Assembly: GCA_026025075.1 (NCBI GenBank)
Contig: JAPEUI010000028.1
Coordinates: 1-64,000 of the forward strand
Length of the DNA: 64,000 bases
Reading direction: 5' to 3'
Source: Vezdaea acicularis
Taxonomy: Eukaryota
Shown here in pieces: positions 38,740-49,984 of this stretch. The notes under the pieces were generated by a model, which saw only the letters and a list, made by a program, of their open reading frames with translations, was not told the DNA's origin and did no database searches. A program made the translations under genes and the position numbers. How positions within the stretch are numbered: position 1 is the first letter of the stretch; each line of letters begins with the position of its first letter.

Positions 38740-39240
38740 TGGGGAGGGCGGGATTTAGAATAAGGGACGCCCGCGGAAGATGGCAAGATCGCGCGATAAT
38801 TAGGGCTGAGATGATGTGATGATATGGTTGGCAGCACCGAGCGCCCTATAGGCTTTGCACTGCTGAGCATGCTAGCTGAAACGTTTTTCTTCTATATGTA
38901 GCGAACTGCGACGACGAGGAATGGCAGCTGGAATTGAGTTATCTCCTTTCGCTACGTGTAAATTAGCAAATTCTAGCATTCGGCATTGCGCATGCGATAA
39001 TTATATCCAAATGTCACGATAGCAATGCTTTATACTGATTCATTAGTTCTCAGAGCTTATTGCTGTAGACTGCCAAACGGTCATTCTTCGATTCTTTCGC
39101 GCTAAGCGAGGGTCGGAAACCCTACGCGGCTCTGCACCACACAATCTTGAAGCGAAACCAGTAATTCTCTTACCTTCAAATCTGCTTGTGGAGCGAACAG
39201 CCCAACGACAACCTCAAAGACTTGATCGACATCAGCAAAT

Positions 39241-40200
39241 ATGGTACGTTCATTTTCTCTCATGCGAGATTGTCAGCCATGGCCGCATCTCGCGATCTGA
39301 TTCAATAACCTAACCATATAAACCTCGCTGACAATGGCTATTATCACCTCTAGACGATCAAGCACAATCAACAGATTCAACACAACCGTAGGTATCCTGA
39401 TTCTCCTACCAAGCCTTCAGTTTCTAACCTTTGGATATCTCATAGATTTTCGAAAGGATTGGCAACGTCGTGTGCGAGTCCACTTTGACCAGGTACCTAC
39501 TTTCCCCATAAAATGTCAACATAATTCGTCTCACACTGTATCTCCTCTCAGCCTGGCCGCAAGCTCCGACGTCGCAATGCACGCCTCAGCAAAGCCGCGT
39601 CAGTGGCCCCTCGTCCAGTTGACAAGCTCCGACCGGTTGTGCGATGCCCTACCCTCAAATACAACCGCCGCGTACGAGCCGGTCGTGGGTTTACTCTTGC
39701 TGAGCTGAAGGTACTAAAGCTTCCCTATGAGCCGATGAGGCAGGACGCGATGTCTACGAGGGTCGTTCTAATATGAGACGTTACTACAGGAAGCAGGCAT
39801 TCCCCGCGCCCTCGCTCCCACCATCGGCATCTGTGTCGATACCCGACGCCAGAACCTCTCAATCGAATCACTGACCGAAAATGTCGCTCGGCTGAAGGCC
39901 TATCGTAGCCGCCTGATCTTGTTCCCGCGGAAGGCTGGCCAGCATAAGAACGGTGACTCTGAGAAGAAGGAGCTCAAGGACTTGGAGAAGATAGTTCGCC
40001 ACGTTCACCATGCACATCCAATCAAAAACAAGGTCACGCTTGAGGACGCTTTCACCGAGATCAAGAAGGACGATATGCCTGAGGGCGAGGAGGCGGCTTA
40101 TAGGAGGCTCAGGGAAGCAAGGAGCGAGGCTCGGCTGGTCGGCGTAAGGGAAAAGAGGGCGAAAGCTAAGAGTGACGAGGCGGCCGCTGCGAAGAAATAG
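39241..40200 (+). CDS. RPL13: 60S ribosomal protein eL13, 5 coding exons (first is ATG only)
   Basis: ATG|intron 39244-39353|[61 protein letters not shown]. Confidence 0.97.
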
Positions 40201-40642
40201 GGGGCATGAGAATCGGTACGAAGCATGCAGAAAGGAATCTGTGGTCTTTGTATGGCATGCTCAGCTTTGTTTAAGACTCTAGACTAAGCTTCAGCTCTAA
40301 GCTCACTTCGCTAATGTTAAGACAAAACCAATAACATCACATCGATCAAATTAAATCCTGGCATGTTACACAGCCCAGTCTTTAACTTTTCTCTAGCGAA
40401 AATTGTTCTCATCCGGCATGTTGAGTTGAGCGTGGGGAGACGTCAGGTTATTAAACATAAACATTAACTTAAGCAAGTTTTTATTCGCCATGCGCGCTTT
40501 GACGATGCTGCACCTCAGGCGGCTAACACCAGAGGTTTATAGTTCGAATGTGAGTGGTATATACATAATTCCTCCTTCATCTACGATGATCAAGAAGAGC
40601 AACATTGCCGAGGCCAGTCGTCACACAAGTGAACGACATACA

Positions 40643-43600
40643 CTACGAAGGCGACGCAGAAGGCAAGGAAGACGAAGTCGGCGTACTCGATCCAGGTATT
40701 GAACTCGATGAACTCGACGCGCTTCCACTGGCCCGGCTCGGATCAATGACATAGAGCGCCTTGATCTTCCCCGCAAAATTCCCATTATCTCCATACGGCA
40801 GCCCCGTCAAATCTGCGATATCCGTATTCGTCTGCGCCCCGCCTGCATCGCCATAGCTATCCGCGAAGAGCCAGACATTCGCGCCGCCGCGGACGATGAG
40901 GCTCTGCGCCTTGTTCTGCACGTAGCTGTCGACCGGCCCGCCTCCCGCGCCGTAACACTTCACGTTGCCTAGATAGTTTGTTTCCGAAAAAAGACATATG
41001 CAAGCTGGGGCGGAAGGGGCATTGACCGACCAGGCACGATTGACCATTTGCTTTTTGAGCGTCGTCGTGAAGTTGGCGTCACTCCCAGTGATTGTGCCAT
41101 TAAACGTTATTGGGACATTTTGTGTGGCAGTGTACTTGCCGCCGTGGAGCACGTCTACGTAGGTCCAGTTCATGCTGGTGCCAGGTGGTGCGATGAGCGT
41201 GTTTACTTTGCCCATGTCGAAGCCCCAGGCTCCGCCCTGAGTGGAGAAAGTGCCAGAGGGGAAACAAGTCTCGTTTGTGTCGCCGCGCATGCAGACGGTG
41301 TTCTGCTCCGTGAGATTTGCGAAAGGTTTTGGCGCTGGGACGTAAGCCAATGAGGCTCGTCCTGGAGAACCATCGCTTTCGGTAGCATTGCCTGTAGAGG
41401 AGCCAAAAGTTGTGCTATTGGAGGGAAGCGTCGAGTTGCCACTACCTCCGGTGTTTACAGTGGCGGAACCTGTGGTCCATGTAATCTGACCAGCAACAGA
41501 GTCTAGGCTCAGACCAGGATACATGTCTGTGCCATCGGCAGCTGTGCAAGTGGTTCCGTTGCCAGATGCGCAAGGTACAGCAGCGCCTGGCTGGCTGGTC
41601 CCATTCACTGGAGACGAGCTATTCCAGCTATCAAGGCCACTATTCGGATCGATGTCGCCTGGTAAGATGATGCTAGAGCTTAGGTTGCATGCAATCGCTG
41701 AAGGTCGGCCTGTGATCGTCAAGTTGTAGGTGGAAAGGTTAAGGCCATTGGGCCCATCAGACACTAATTTACAATCTCCACCAGGGTTGGGTATGATACG
41801 TTTGTATATGTCAGATGCGCTGGCGTTAACAAAAGGAATCTGGATTTTAGATCTATCTAGTTCAAATCTTGGATTTGAGCATAGATAGCCTGCACTTGGC
41901 GCTTGAATTGTAGGGGGGCCTCTGCTAAGTCCGCCACCGGGCATACCCTCGAGCATATTTGCCCGTCCTGCCAGTGTCATTCTACGATCAAGAACCGGTC
42001 TTATGACGTGTTTTCCACAATCAATAGTGGCGATAGTGTTGTTGATCTGACTTGATGAATTTGTGTAATCTAGGATTTGAAACGCTGCGGCTATGTCCGG
42101 AATCGACATAGCGTAGCCTTGATTGAATTGGATGAGGAATGCAAACGCGTCAAAAGTCTCCCATTTGAACGCTTTAGCAATGACACCAGGTCCCTATTCG
42201 GGTGTGGGTTAGCTGGATACATCTCATACAAACGAAGATAGAATCTCACATATACAGCTGTACAGTTTTGGGACAGGCCCGCTTGCTTCCGCTGCTCGTT
42301 GCATTTTTCGTTGCCGGTCGTGCTTGGATTTCCAAAGAAAGCATACTGAACGATTTCTGCAGGATCATTTGTTCGAGGGGGTACGATGGTGTTGAAGAGT
42401 CCTGGAAGGATTGCGAAGAGTGCACCTACGGCAAGTCCTACAAGGAAACCTATCGGCCCACCAATTGCAGACTCGGCGGCAATACCCAAAGCCAGTGAAG
42501 CCGCTGAAAGCAGAGCTGAATGCCTATATCCGAACTGTCAGCGAATCATCCCTTGTTATTGGAGAGACATAGGAGCATACCAATTGCCATTAATGAAATC
42601 CAGGATAACAATAATTGGGGTGGCAACAAGCAATCCTAGTCCAACCGCTTTCATAGCGTCTTGAGTAAAGGAAAGAACTGTTGAAATCTGTCCTCCGCTC
42701 CGCACCATCGCTATATCGGTTGAGCCTTGTACCCTTAGCTTGGACTCTGGGTCATTTGCATTGGCTGGGCACTTTGAAGACTGTCGTCTGCCGAGGGGTG
42801 CGCCACGCTTGCTTAGAGGAAATGCCCTGTCTCGGGGTACAATACTAGCGGCTGCGCGACGAGCCAATGCTTTAGCTGTTGGTGCTTTATATGGGCCATC
42901 GCCCGTTGGTCTCTTTCCTCGCTTTCCGGGGATGGAGCACAGAAGGGCCAGGTTTCTGTCTCTAGCGAGATCAGAAGCCTTGACACCGCTTGAGCCCAGA
43001 CCTGCATTACGAAAAGGAACCTCGGTCACGGTGTGAGCATTGACAGTGCTCGGCGTCGGTAGATCAGCAGCTGATGATCCAAGGTTGAATACGGCTGCCA
43101 CTTTGTTCCCGGCCGCGTCGAAATTCTCAACCTGGTAATAGACAAGCGGTTCCGAAGGTGAGTGCGATACTAACCGAGGAAAGACATTTTTAGTCCAAGT
43201 ATCCGACACTGCCATTATGTCGACGTATCTGGGAGGTACCGCAAGATTCCCTCCACCTTCACTATTCAGGTGTGCGATCAGGCGGCGCATTAAGCTGTTT
43301 CCGTTGTTGGTTGAGATGTCAAAGTGTGCGTTCTCGCTCCAAGCTCTTGCAATAATTCCAGTGCCATCTTCAGCATCCACCATCTGGAGGTTTGATACTG
43401 TTGTCTCTCCAATAGGAGTCTGAAGCCTTGTGACCCCGCTATTCGGACCATCAAAGGCCAAAGTAGCTGGCTGATTCCCAAAGTCCACTGATCTTACATA
43501 CCACTGTCCCAATTTGGATGAGGAGAGATCAATTCTTAAAGCACCTTCTTGCGCCGTACTTTCCAAGAGCAGTATAGGGTGCGCAGGCGGCTCATTCCTT

Positions 43601-43803
43601 ACAGGCTCTTCCGTAACTGCTATAGCTTCTACATTGATATCGACAATGAGGATAACTCTGCGGGTGGAATTGTCATGCGAGATGATTGAGGACGGACTGG
43701 AAGTCGAATGCCATGAAAGCTGCCCTGTCGAATCCGAAGGCAATGCAAAGGTGGGTATCAAGGAAAAGAAGTACCAAAGAAGGACGAGTAGAACCGAAGA
43801 CAT
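40643..43803 (-). CDS. Large secreted multidomain protein (~1015 aa), toxin-like architecture, 3 exons
   Basis: Exons 43803-42581, 42523-42250 and 42193-40643 sum to 3048 nt in frame, merging three ORF-track entries. Signal peptide MSSVLLVLLWYFFSLIPTFA, dibasic sites, hydrophobic helices and a crystallin-like C-terminus. The gene model is well supported; the function is inferred. Confidence 0.8.
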
Positions 43804-45372
43804 CTTGACGGCCGGCATCAAGCTCGAAAAGACAAAAGGAACGCTCGTGCTCGATGAATGGCTAGCATTTCCTTGGGCCAGGCATAGCAGAGACTGAAAA
43901 GAAGTAGCATTGGCAAAGCTTGAATATATCAAGATCTCCCATCAGCCTAGGCTTCTCCGGGTTTGCCTAAGGACGTTACTGCGACACGGCAGAGAAGGGA
44001 AAGTCCCGGCAAAAGGCAGACAATCCCATAATCATCATTTACGCGTGGCAGCGCAAATGATGGATGTGCTCCGCAACAGCGAAGTGTTCCGGAAACCAGA
44101 TCTTGTCGTCTCAAGAAAGAACAAGCCACCTCCCCCTAGTAGATGTCCCCATGGCCAATACGCTCTGAGAACGGCCCAAAGCCTGATAGAGATGCATAGT
44201 ATTGTGCGCCCTGGCCACCGGCCAAAGAATTTGACCCGCGGTTATGCATTCGTTCCCTGGCACGTTGTGCTCCAGGTTGTGTAACAGATCGACTAGTTGG
44301 GCATGGGCAGGATTCGAGACGTCTCAAAGCTAACAGCCGACCGAACAGCTTTGTCGGAGCTTCTAGAACCTTGGTATTCATACGTTTCACGTGGCACAAT
44401 CCTAGCCTCCATGATTTGGGACATTTTTCCAGCCTCGGTCGACTGGGAGGCTGGGTCGGTCAATAATGGTGAGTAATCTGTTTAGATCGCAGCTAAACCT
44501 ACTTCGCTAAGGAGATGAACTGTTTCAACATCTTGAGCCGCGGCTCAAGACCTCAAACAAGCTATAGTCCTTTAATGGGGTCTAGACACCCATGCAATAG
44601 CTCTAGCCAGAGCCAGCATCGGGTCGACGCTTTGTCGACGTTGAGCTTAATTGGCTCAGGTTTTCTGACATTCAACTTCGCCAGCAGCCTAACAAGCAGC
44701 TAAGCGGATGGGAAAAAGCTTACGATAATTCAGTTCCATAGTGAGGTGAGTGTTGGGATGCTAACAGAGATTGAGCGCAATATATTGCGAATTGGATCGT
44801 GTTGCCGTCCTGGTATGGAAACTACATGTCCTGAGTTTGTCCATGCAACGACGACCAGTCTTGCATTACGACTCAATCCGATTGCATTTCGGTATACTCT
44901 CAAACAAATAGCTAGAAGCAGAGTCTAAAACACAAGAAAGCGCTACGAATTTTCTCCAGCCAGTTGAAGAGCATGACTTCGAAAAACCTTCATTGTAGAG
45001 GCATTATCTCGTCCCCGACTCTCCGAGGTTTGAAACTTGACCACATTTTAGCGAGGAATGAAAGCTGCGGACGAAACGGGGCTCAAAGACCGGGTTACTC
45101 ATCCACGCTGTAGATTAACTACTTTTTCTTAAATGGTGGACCATCAGACCTTTCCGCAGCTTCTCTAAAAATCGAGTGGTTGAAAGTAAGTGAATGATCA
45201 AGAAAGTGTGGTGGTCACATGCTTCCCGCAATCGATCCATCCGGCTCATGACGTTTCGCCTCAAAAAAGTAGAGCTCGCCATTGATATCAAAACTTCTCT
45301 CTCTCCAATTGCCACTCACGGCATCCTTTTTTACGCCAATAATGATCTTTCGATAACCCGAACTACTCCACG

Positions 45373-46349
45373 ATGAATACCCCAAGGTCCCTTCTCCAGC
45401 GCCAAATGTGTAGCGCCTGCTGGCGGCGCGCTCGCATCTCCACACTTCGCCCATTACACACAACGCCCCGTACCCTTGCCTCCACGAAAGAAGACGACGA
45501 TTTTTACCAACGTAACTTCCCCAACCTTCTTTTCTGGGCTCTGTCTGCCCTCATCTCAGAAACCAATTAACATCACCCTCCAGTCCTTCTCTCGTATCCC
45601 CTCCCAAGTCCCAGCATAACAACACGCCCTTCACCCTCACCCCCACCCCCCTCGGCCCCCTCTAGCACCACATCCCCCACTTCCCCCCCACTATCCGACC
45701 GCGCCGACCGCGAAGCCCGCGCCCGCATCGTCTTCGGCTCCCGCCTCGCCGGCCCCGCCCATCACGCCGGTAAGCCCGCCCGTCCTCCTCCTCCTAAACC
45801 CCGAACTCACACCCCCTCCCCCCACCCATAGACCTCCTCACCCGCTCCACCTCCATAAACGGGATCCTGGTCCCCCCGCGCCCCTCAGAACCAGACAACT
45901 GCTGCATGAGCGGCTGCGTCAACTGCGTATGGGACCGCTACCGCGACGACCTCGAAGAATGGGCCGCCCGCACTAAACAAGCGCGACTAGCCGGACACCA
46001 CACGCAGCAAGAGCGGGAACGCTTCGAGAGCGGGCGTGTAAGGTATGTTGGGCGGGATTTGGTTTCTGGAGAGATAGGGAATGAAACTGGGGAGGGGAAG
46101 GCGGGATTCGCTGGAGAGGCTGGGGATGCAAAGTGGATTGGGAGGCCGGGAGCAAGTATGGACGATGATGGGGGTGGAAGCGAGGCGCTTTGGGAGAGTG
46201 CGGATGGGGTGCGTGGGGAGCGCGTGGAGGATGATGAGGGGCGGTTGTTTGCGGGCGTGCCGGTCGGTATCAGGGAGTTCATGCGGACGGAGAAGCGGCT
46301 TAGGGAGAGGCGGCGGGGGAGGGAGAAAAGAGGTATGGATACTGGGTGA
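45373..46349 (+). CDS. Mitochondrial oxidoreductase-like domain protein (UPF0651/YPL107W-like), 3 exons
   Basis: Arg/Ser/Leu-rich presequence-like N-terminus; VFGSRLAGP; PPRPSEPDNCCMSGCVNCVWDRYRDDLEEW; VPVGIREFMRTEK. Confidence 0.85.
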
Positions 46350-46488
46350 GCACGAATAGAAGAGCGGGGCGTATCATGCACCGTATCTATACCAGCGGTG
46401 CAGGATCACAATCTGAATGTATATCGCAAAATTCAGGAATGACCTCTGTATAAGCTTCAAACCCCGCACCGGCTAAAGAACCATCTAA

Positions 46489-46994
46489 CTAATCCACATC
46501 CACGCCCTTCGCCCGCAGATCCGTCCGCGCGAGCTCGATCTCCGTCATCAGCTCGTCGTGGGCGGCGGGCACGTCGTTGAAGGTGAAGACGCCGAAGCCG
46601 AGTTTGAAGAGGAGGTAGCTGCCGAATGATACTAGTGCCCAGAAGGGTAACTGTTGGAAAGAATTTGGTCAGTAAGAGGCTAGAATTAAATAAAAGGGGT
46701 TGGGAGAAAAACGTGAGGGTATGGAGAGGAAAAGTCGGGGTTAGGGAAAGAGTGGTGCTGGTGGGGTAGGGTTTCCTGGGTAGGCGGAGAAGGGGTTGTA
46801 GGGAGGATAGGGCGTACGAGGGGGATGACTTCGTCTTGGATCTTAGCAGAGAAGGGAATTAGGCCGATGAAGCATGCGAAGTAGAGCTAGAGAGGACAGG
46901 GTTTAGCTATTTGCGCAATCCATGACTCAGAGTTGTGTGAACATACCGACGAGAGGAGGAGGGCGATGGAGAGGGTTTGCTGGGCGCGGGTCAT
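46489..46994 (-). CDS. DPM3: Dolichol-phosphate mannosyltransferase subunit 3, 3 exons, 92 aa
   Basis: Exons 46994-46947, 46886-46818 and 46650-46489: MTRAQQTLS..LPFWALVSFGSYLLFKLGFGVFTFNDVPAAHDELMTEIELARTDLRAKGVDVD. Absent from the ORF track. Confidence 0.93.
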
Positions 46995-49264
46995 TTTGAC
47001 AGGATGTGCGTTCAGGACAAGACTGTAGAGCACGGAGGGGGCCCTTCGCGAAGCGTTTTCGAGTTTGTACAGCGTTCAAATGATTATTCTCGGAGGAGTA
47101 GCCCGCTTCCTGTTGCTGCTGCGACGGTGATGATTATCTCCTGAGAACAGTTCGACGAACTTTGGGGGGCTTGTACGTTTTCGGTTAGTGCGTGGATCGC
47201 GAAATCACGTGAGAGGGCGTCAAGGATATCGCGCTGCAGATTTTGGGGACAAGCTGAAGCACGCGTCCAGAAACGAGAAGACCGAAAGGGGGACTTTGCT
47301 GGCGTCTATGCTTCGGCTGTCCGTGAGCGCAGGAGCACAGGAGTTGCAGCGTTTACGCCAAGCTAAGAGAACGCTCTGCCGATATATTGCTGCCTGCTAG
47401 GGGACCTCATCTTGATGCCTAAGTCGACAGGCAGCCACATGAACACCCCCGATTTCCTCCTGGATTGCCTCCCGTAATTTACCCGTCAATTGAATTTAGT
47501 CTGCGGGGTCCGAGGCCCTCACACGCGACGCCAAGCAATGCTTGTATAAATAGAACTCGCGAAGATAGGGGTACGGCTAAGTCTCTTGTACAGCCGTTTC
47601 CGTTGAAGTCGATCTTTCGAAGCTTTGCTCTCCATTGGCAATGTCATGCGTGTCCAGAATAAGCTTCAAGCTCGAGGAAGCGACCAATGGCTTTCGTGAT
47701 CACCATGCATGGAGTATAACGTGCTGGATTGCGGCACATGCAGTCTCCGGAGAGGGGCGCAGCTGCCTCCGTAAACCCCGAAGATCCCTACCCTTAGGAG
47801 CTAACCTCCGACTTCACTATACGTCGGCTCGGATTGTCCAATAGCTGTCTTTTCTCAGTCCACAATTGATGAGGAGGCGGTCTTGGCAGGGCCATGAACG
47901 CGTATGGAATATATAGTTTACCAGGAATCTTCTCCGACATGAGTGGCCTGCGTGTTGATGCAAGATAAAGGCGTATTTATATACTGCCCAATGAGATGCG
48001 CTTTGAGTATAGCTCACACGCAAGGGACCTGTTTCTGTACCAGTCGACCCTAGAGAGGCGTGATCAGTTTGGGAGCCAGGCCTCCGAACCTTCGTGGCAG
48101 GTCGTGCATCTTTAGTAATGGCAGCATATCGTTGGTACAGAACATTGTGTAATCACAACGCAAAGGAAGTTGATGCACCGTCCACCAACTGGGCCCTCGA
48201 GGCTCTTCAATCGGCGTCGTAGTGCTACACCCAGGAACAGCACGGGCATTACGGTTTGCTTTTGACCCCATTCACGTAATATCTAGAACCCGAAGGAGGC
48301 TAGAAACGGAGTTCCCCGAGGACTGCTTTCGGAAGTTGTTGCGAGTGAGGCGTCGCGTAACCCAAAAGTGCCAATGGGCCGAACGTGCGGGTGCGTGACT
48401 ACGCGTGGCCACGGGACGCGGACGCTGACGTGACTCAAACCTCAGGCCAAGCAGCCACCATGGCGCTCTAAGTCTCCATCTTGCTCATTCAGGATTCGGA
48501 CTGGTCGCGCGATGAAAGTCGGTCTTTATAATATCCGACGGTTCGTGCGAACGACATACGAGGCTGGACGTCGGGGTTAAGGTTTGGAGATACGGAGTGA
48601 CGTGCTGATTCGACCGATCCTTGGCCCGAATGTCGTCTGTACCTGGCGGGAACACTTTCCTCTTTCTAGGGCTCGAGGGGAGTCATACCCTCCCCGGGCT
48701 ACCATGAGGACTAACCATATATTGTAAGCAAAAGCATCACTTGATTGCCGCGTGAATGTCGATCCGTGCTCTGAACCTATGACGACAGCAACCGGGCGTT
48801 CGTGGTGTCTGCCGGTGCAGTGGATGCACGAGCTCCTGTTCCCTTGAATTCCACGACGCCATGCCGGCATGTCAAAGTCGTCCGTGCATAGTGGATGCCG
48901 CTCGTGGCCCCTCGCAGTCGGCCTGAGACGCAATCACCATTGGACTCGTGTCCTCATGTCCCCATTTCCCTCGTTCTGGACTTCTTGCCCGTGGGGTTGC
49001 GCGTCCTGCGCAGACGTATTGGCGCGAGGAGGCGTCGCGGGTGGTGTGCTGACCAGACGAGTGATTCCGTAGCGCGGCGGTGACTCAAGGCAGCAGCGTT
49101 CGTCAACGGCCTCCGACTGGGGTTAGGGCAATGAGCCGGCAACGCAGCCTTGGACCCGTCCCAAGGGAACCGACCCGTCGGCAGGGATGTGAGGTCTGGT
49201 GCCGTACACGGCTGCTTTAAGCGATGAGTCTAAATTCCGCGCCATACGTAGGGACTCGTTGTGG

Positions 49265-49310
49265 CCTCGCAGTGCCCTCGCAGCCCCTCGCAGCCCCTCG
49301 CAGTGCCTCG
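49265..49310. repeat. Tandem CCTCGCAG direct repeats at 10-11 bp spacing
   Basis: Copies at 49265, 49276, 49286 and 49296, a partial copy at 49306 and an isolated copy at 48910. Confidence 0.85.
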
Positions 49311-49984
49311 TCGTGCAGCCTCCGTCTAGAAGACGTGGAATTGGACGTGGAAACTTCTCATCCCCCCTTTGTCGTATTACCTGCACAACGTCATTTTGCG
49401 CCTTTCCATTGATGAGCTGTCGCCCCCGCGACCAGCGTCAAGTGTGCGCCTTATGCCTTTCCGCGAGGCTCTGTTAGGCTCTGTTTGATCGCCCACGCGC
49501 ATCTGGCGCTATTCGTTGACGAGGAGTTCGGTTTGATAGGCTGACAGGCCCGCACTAGAATTGGAACATTGCCCGTATGGCTGTCGTGTCGCCTGTGACT
49601 TGATAAGCATACAGCCATCTTTCTGCCCCTGACACAACCTCGGCCCGTCCGAAAAGCTTCTGAGGCATACGCAAACCCTGATAGAACGAGGCCACTCGGT
49701 CGGGATTCCGTGCCCGGCGGGACAGTCATCCTTACAACTGCGCCAGAGGGCCGCGCCTGAGGAACCCTGCTACCGCGAGGATCTTCTCGCATTACAACAG
49801 CCAATTGGATTGAATCTTTCCGAACTCTTACCAAACATTCCTGCTAGACTTACCACCTCTTCTGTCAACAGTCGGCCTATTTCATGTCCGGCGCTGGACC
49901 ACCGCTTCTGTACCCCTTGCGGCCTCCTCCAATTGTGCTTTTTGAAACGTTTGCATATAAGGCCCCAGGCCTTCCTTTTCCTAC

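Noticed and set aside
48704..48774. AUGAGGA...CUGA as a box C/D snoRNA
   Set aside because: Imperfect C box, no adjacent terminal stem and no rRNA-complementary guide that I could recognise.
49120..49128. GGGTTAGGG (CCCUAACCC on the minus strand) as a telomerase RNA template in the 3 kb gap
   Set aside because: No recognisable pseudoknot, P6.1 element or spliceosomal 3'-end signal by eye. A fungal TER covariance-model search would be needed to reopen this.
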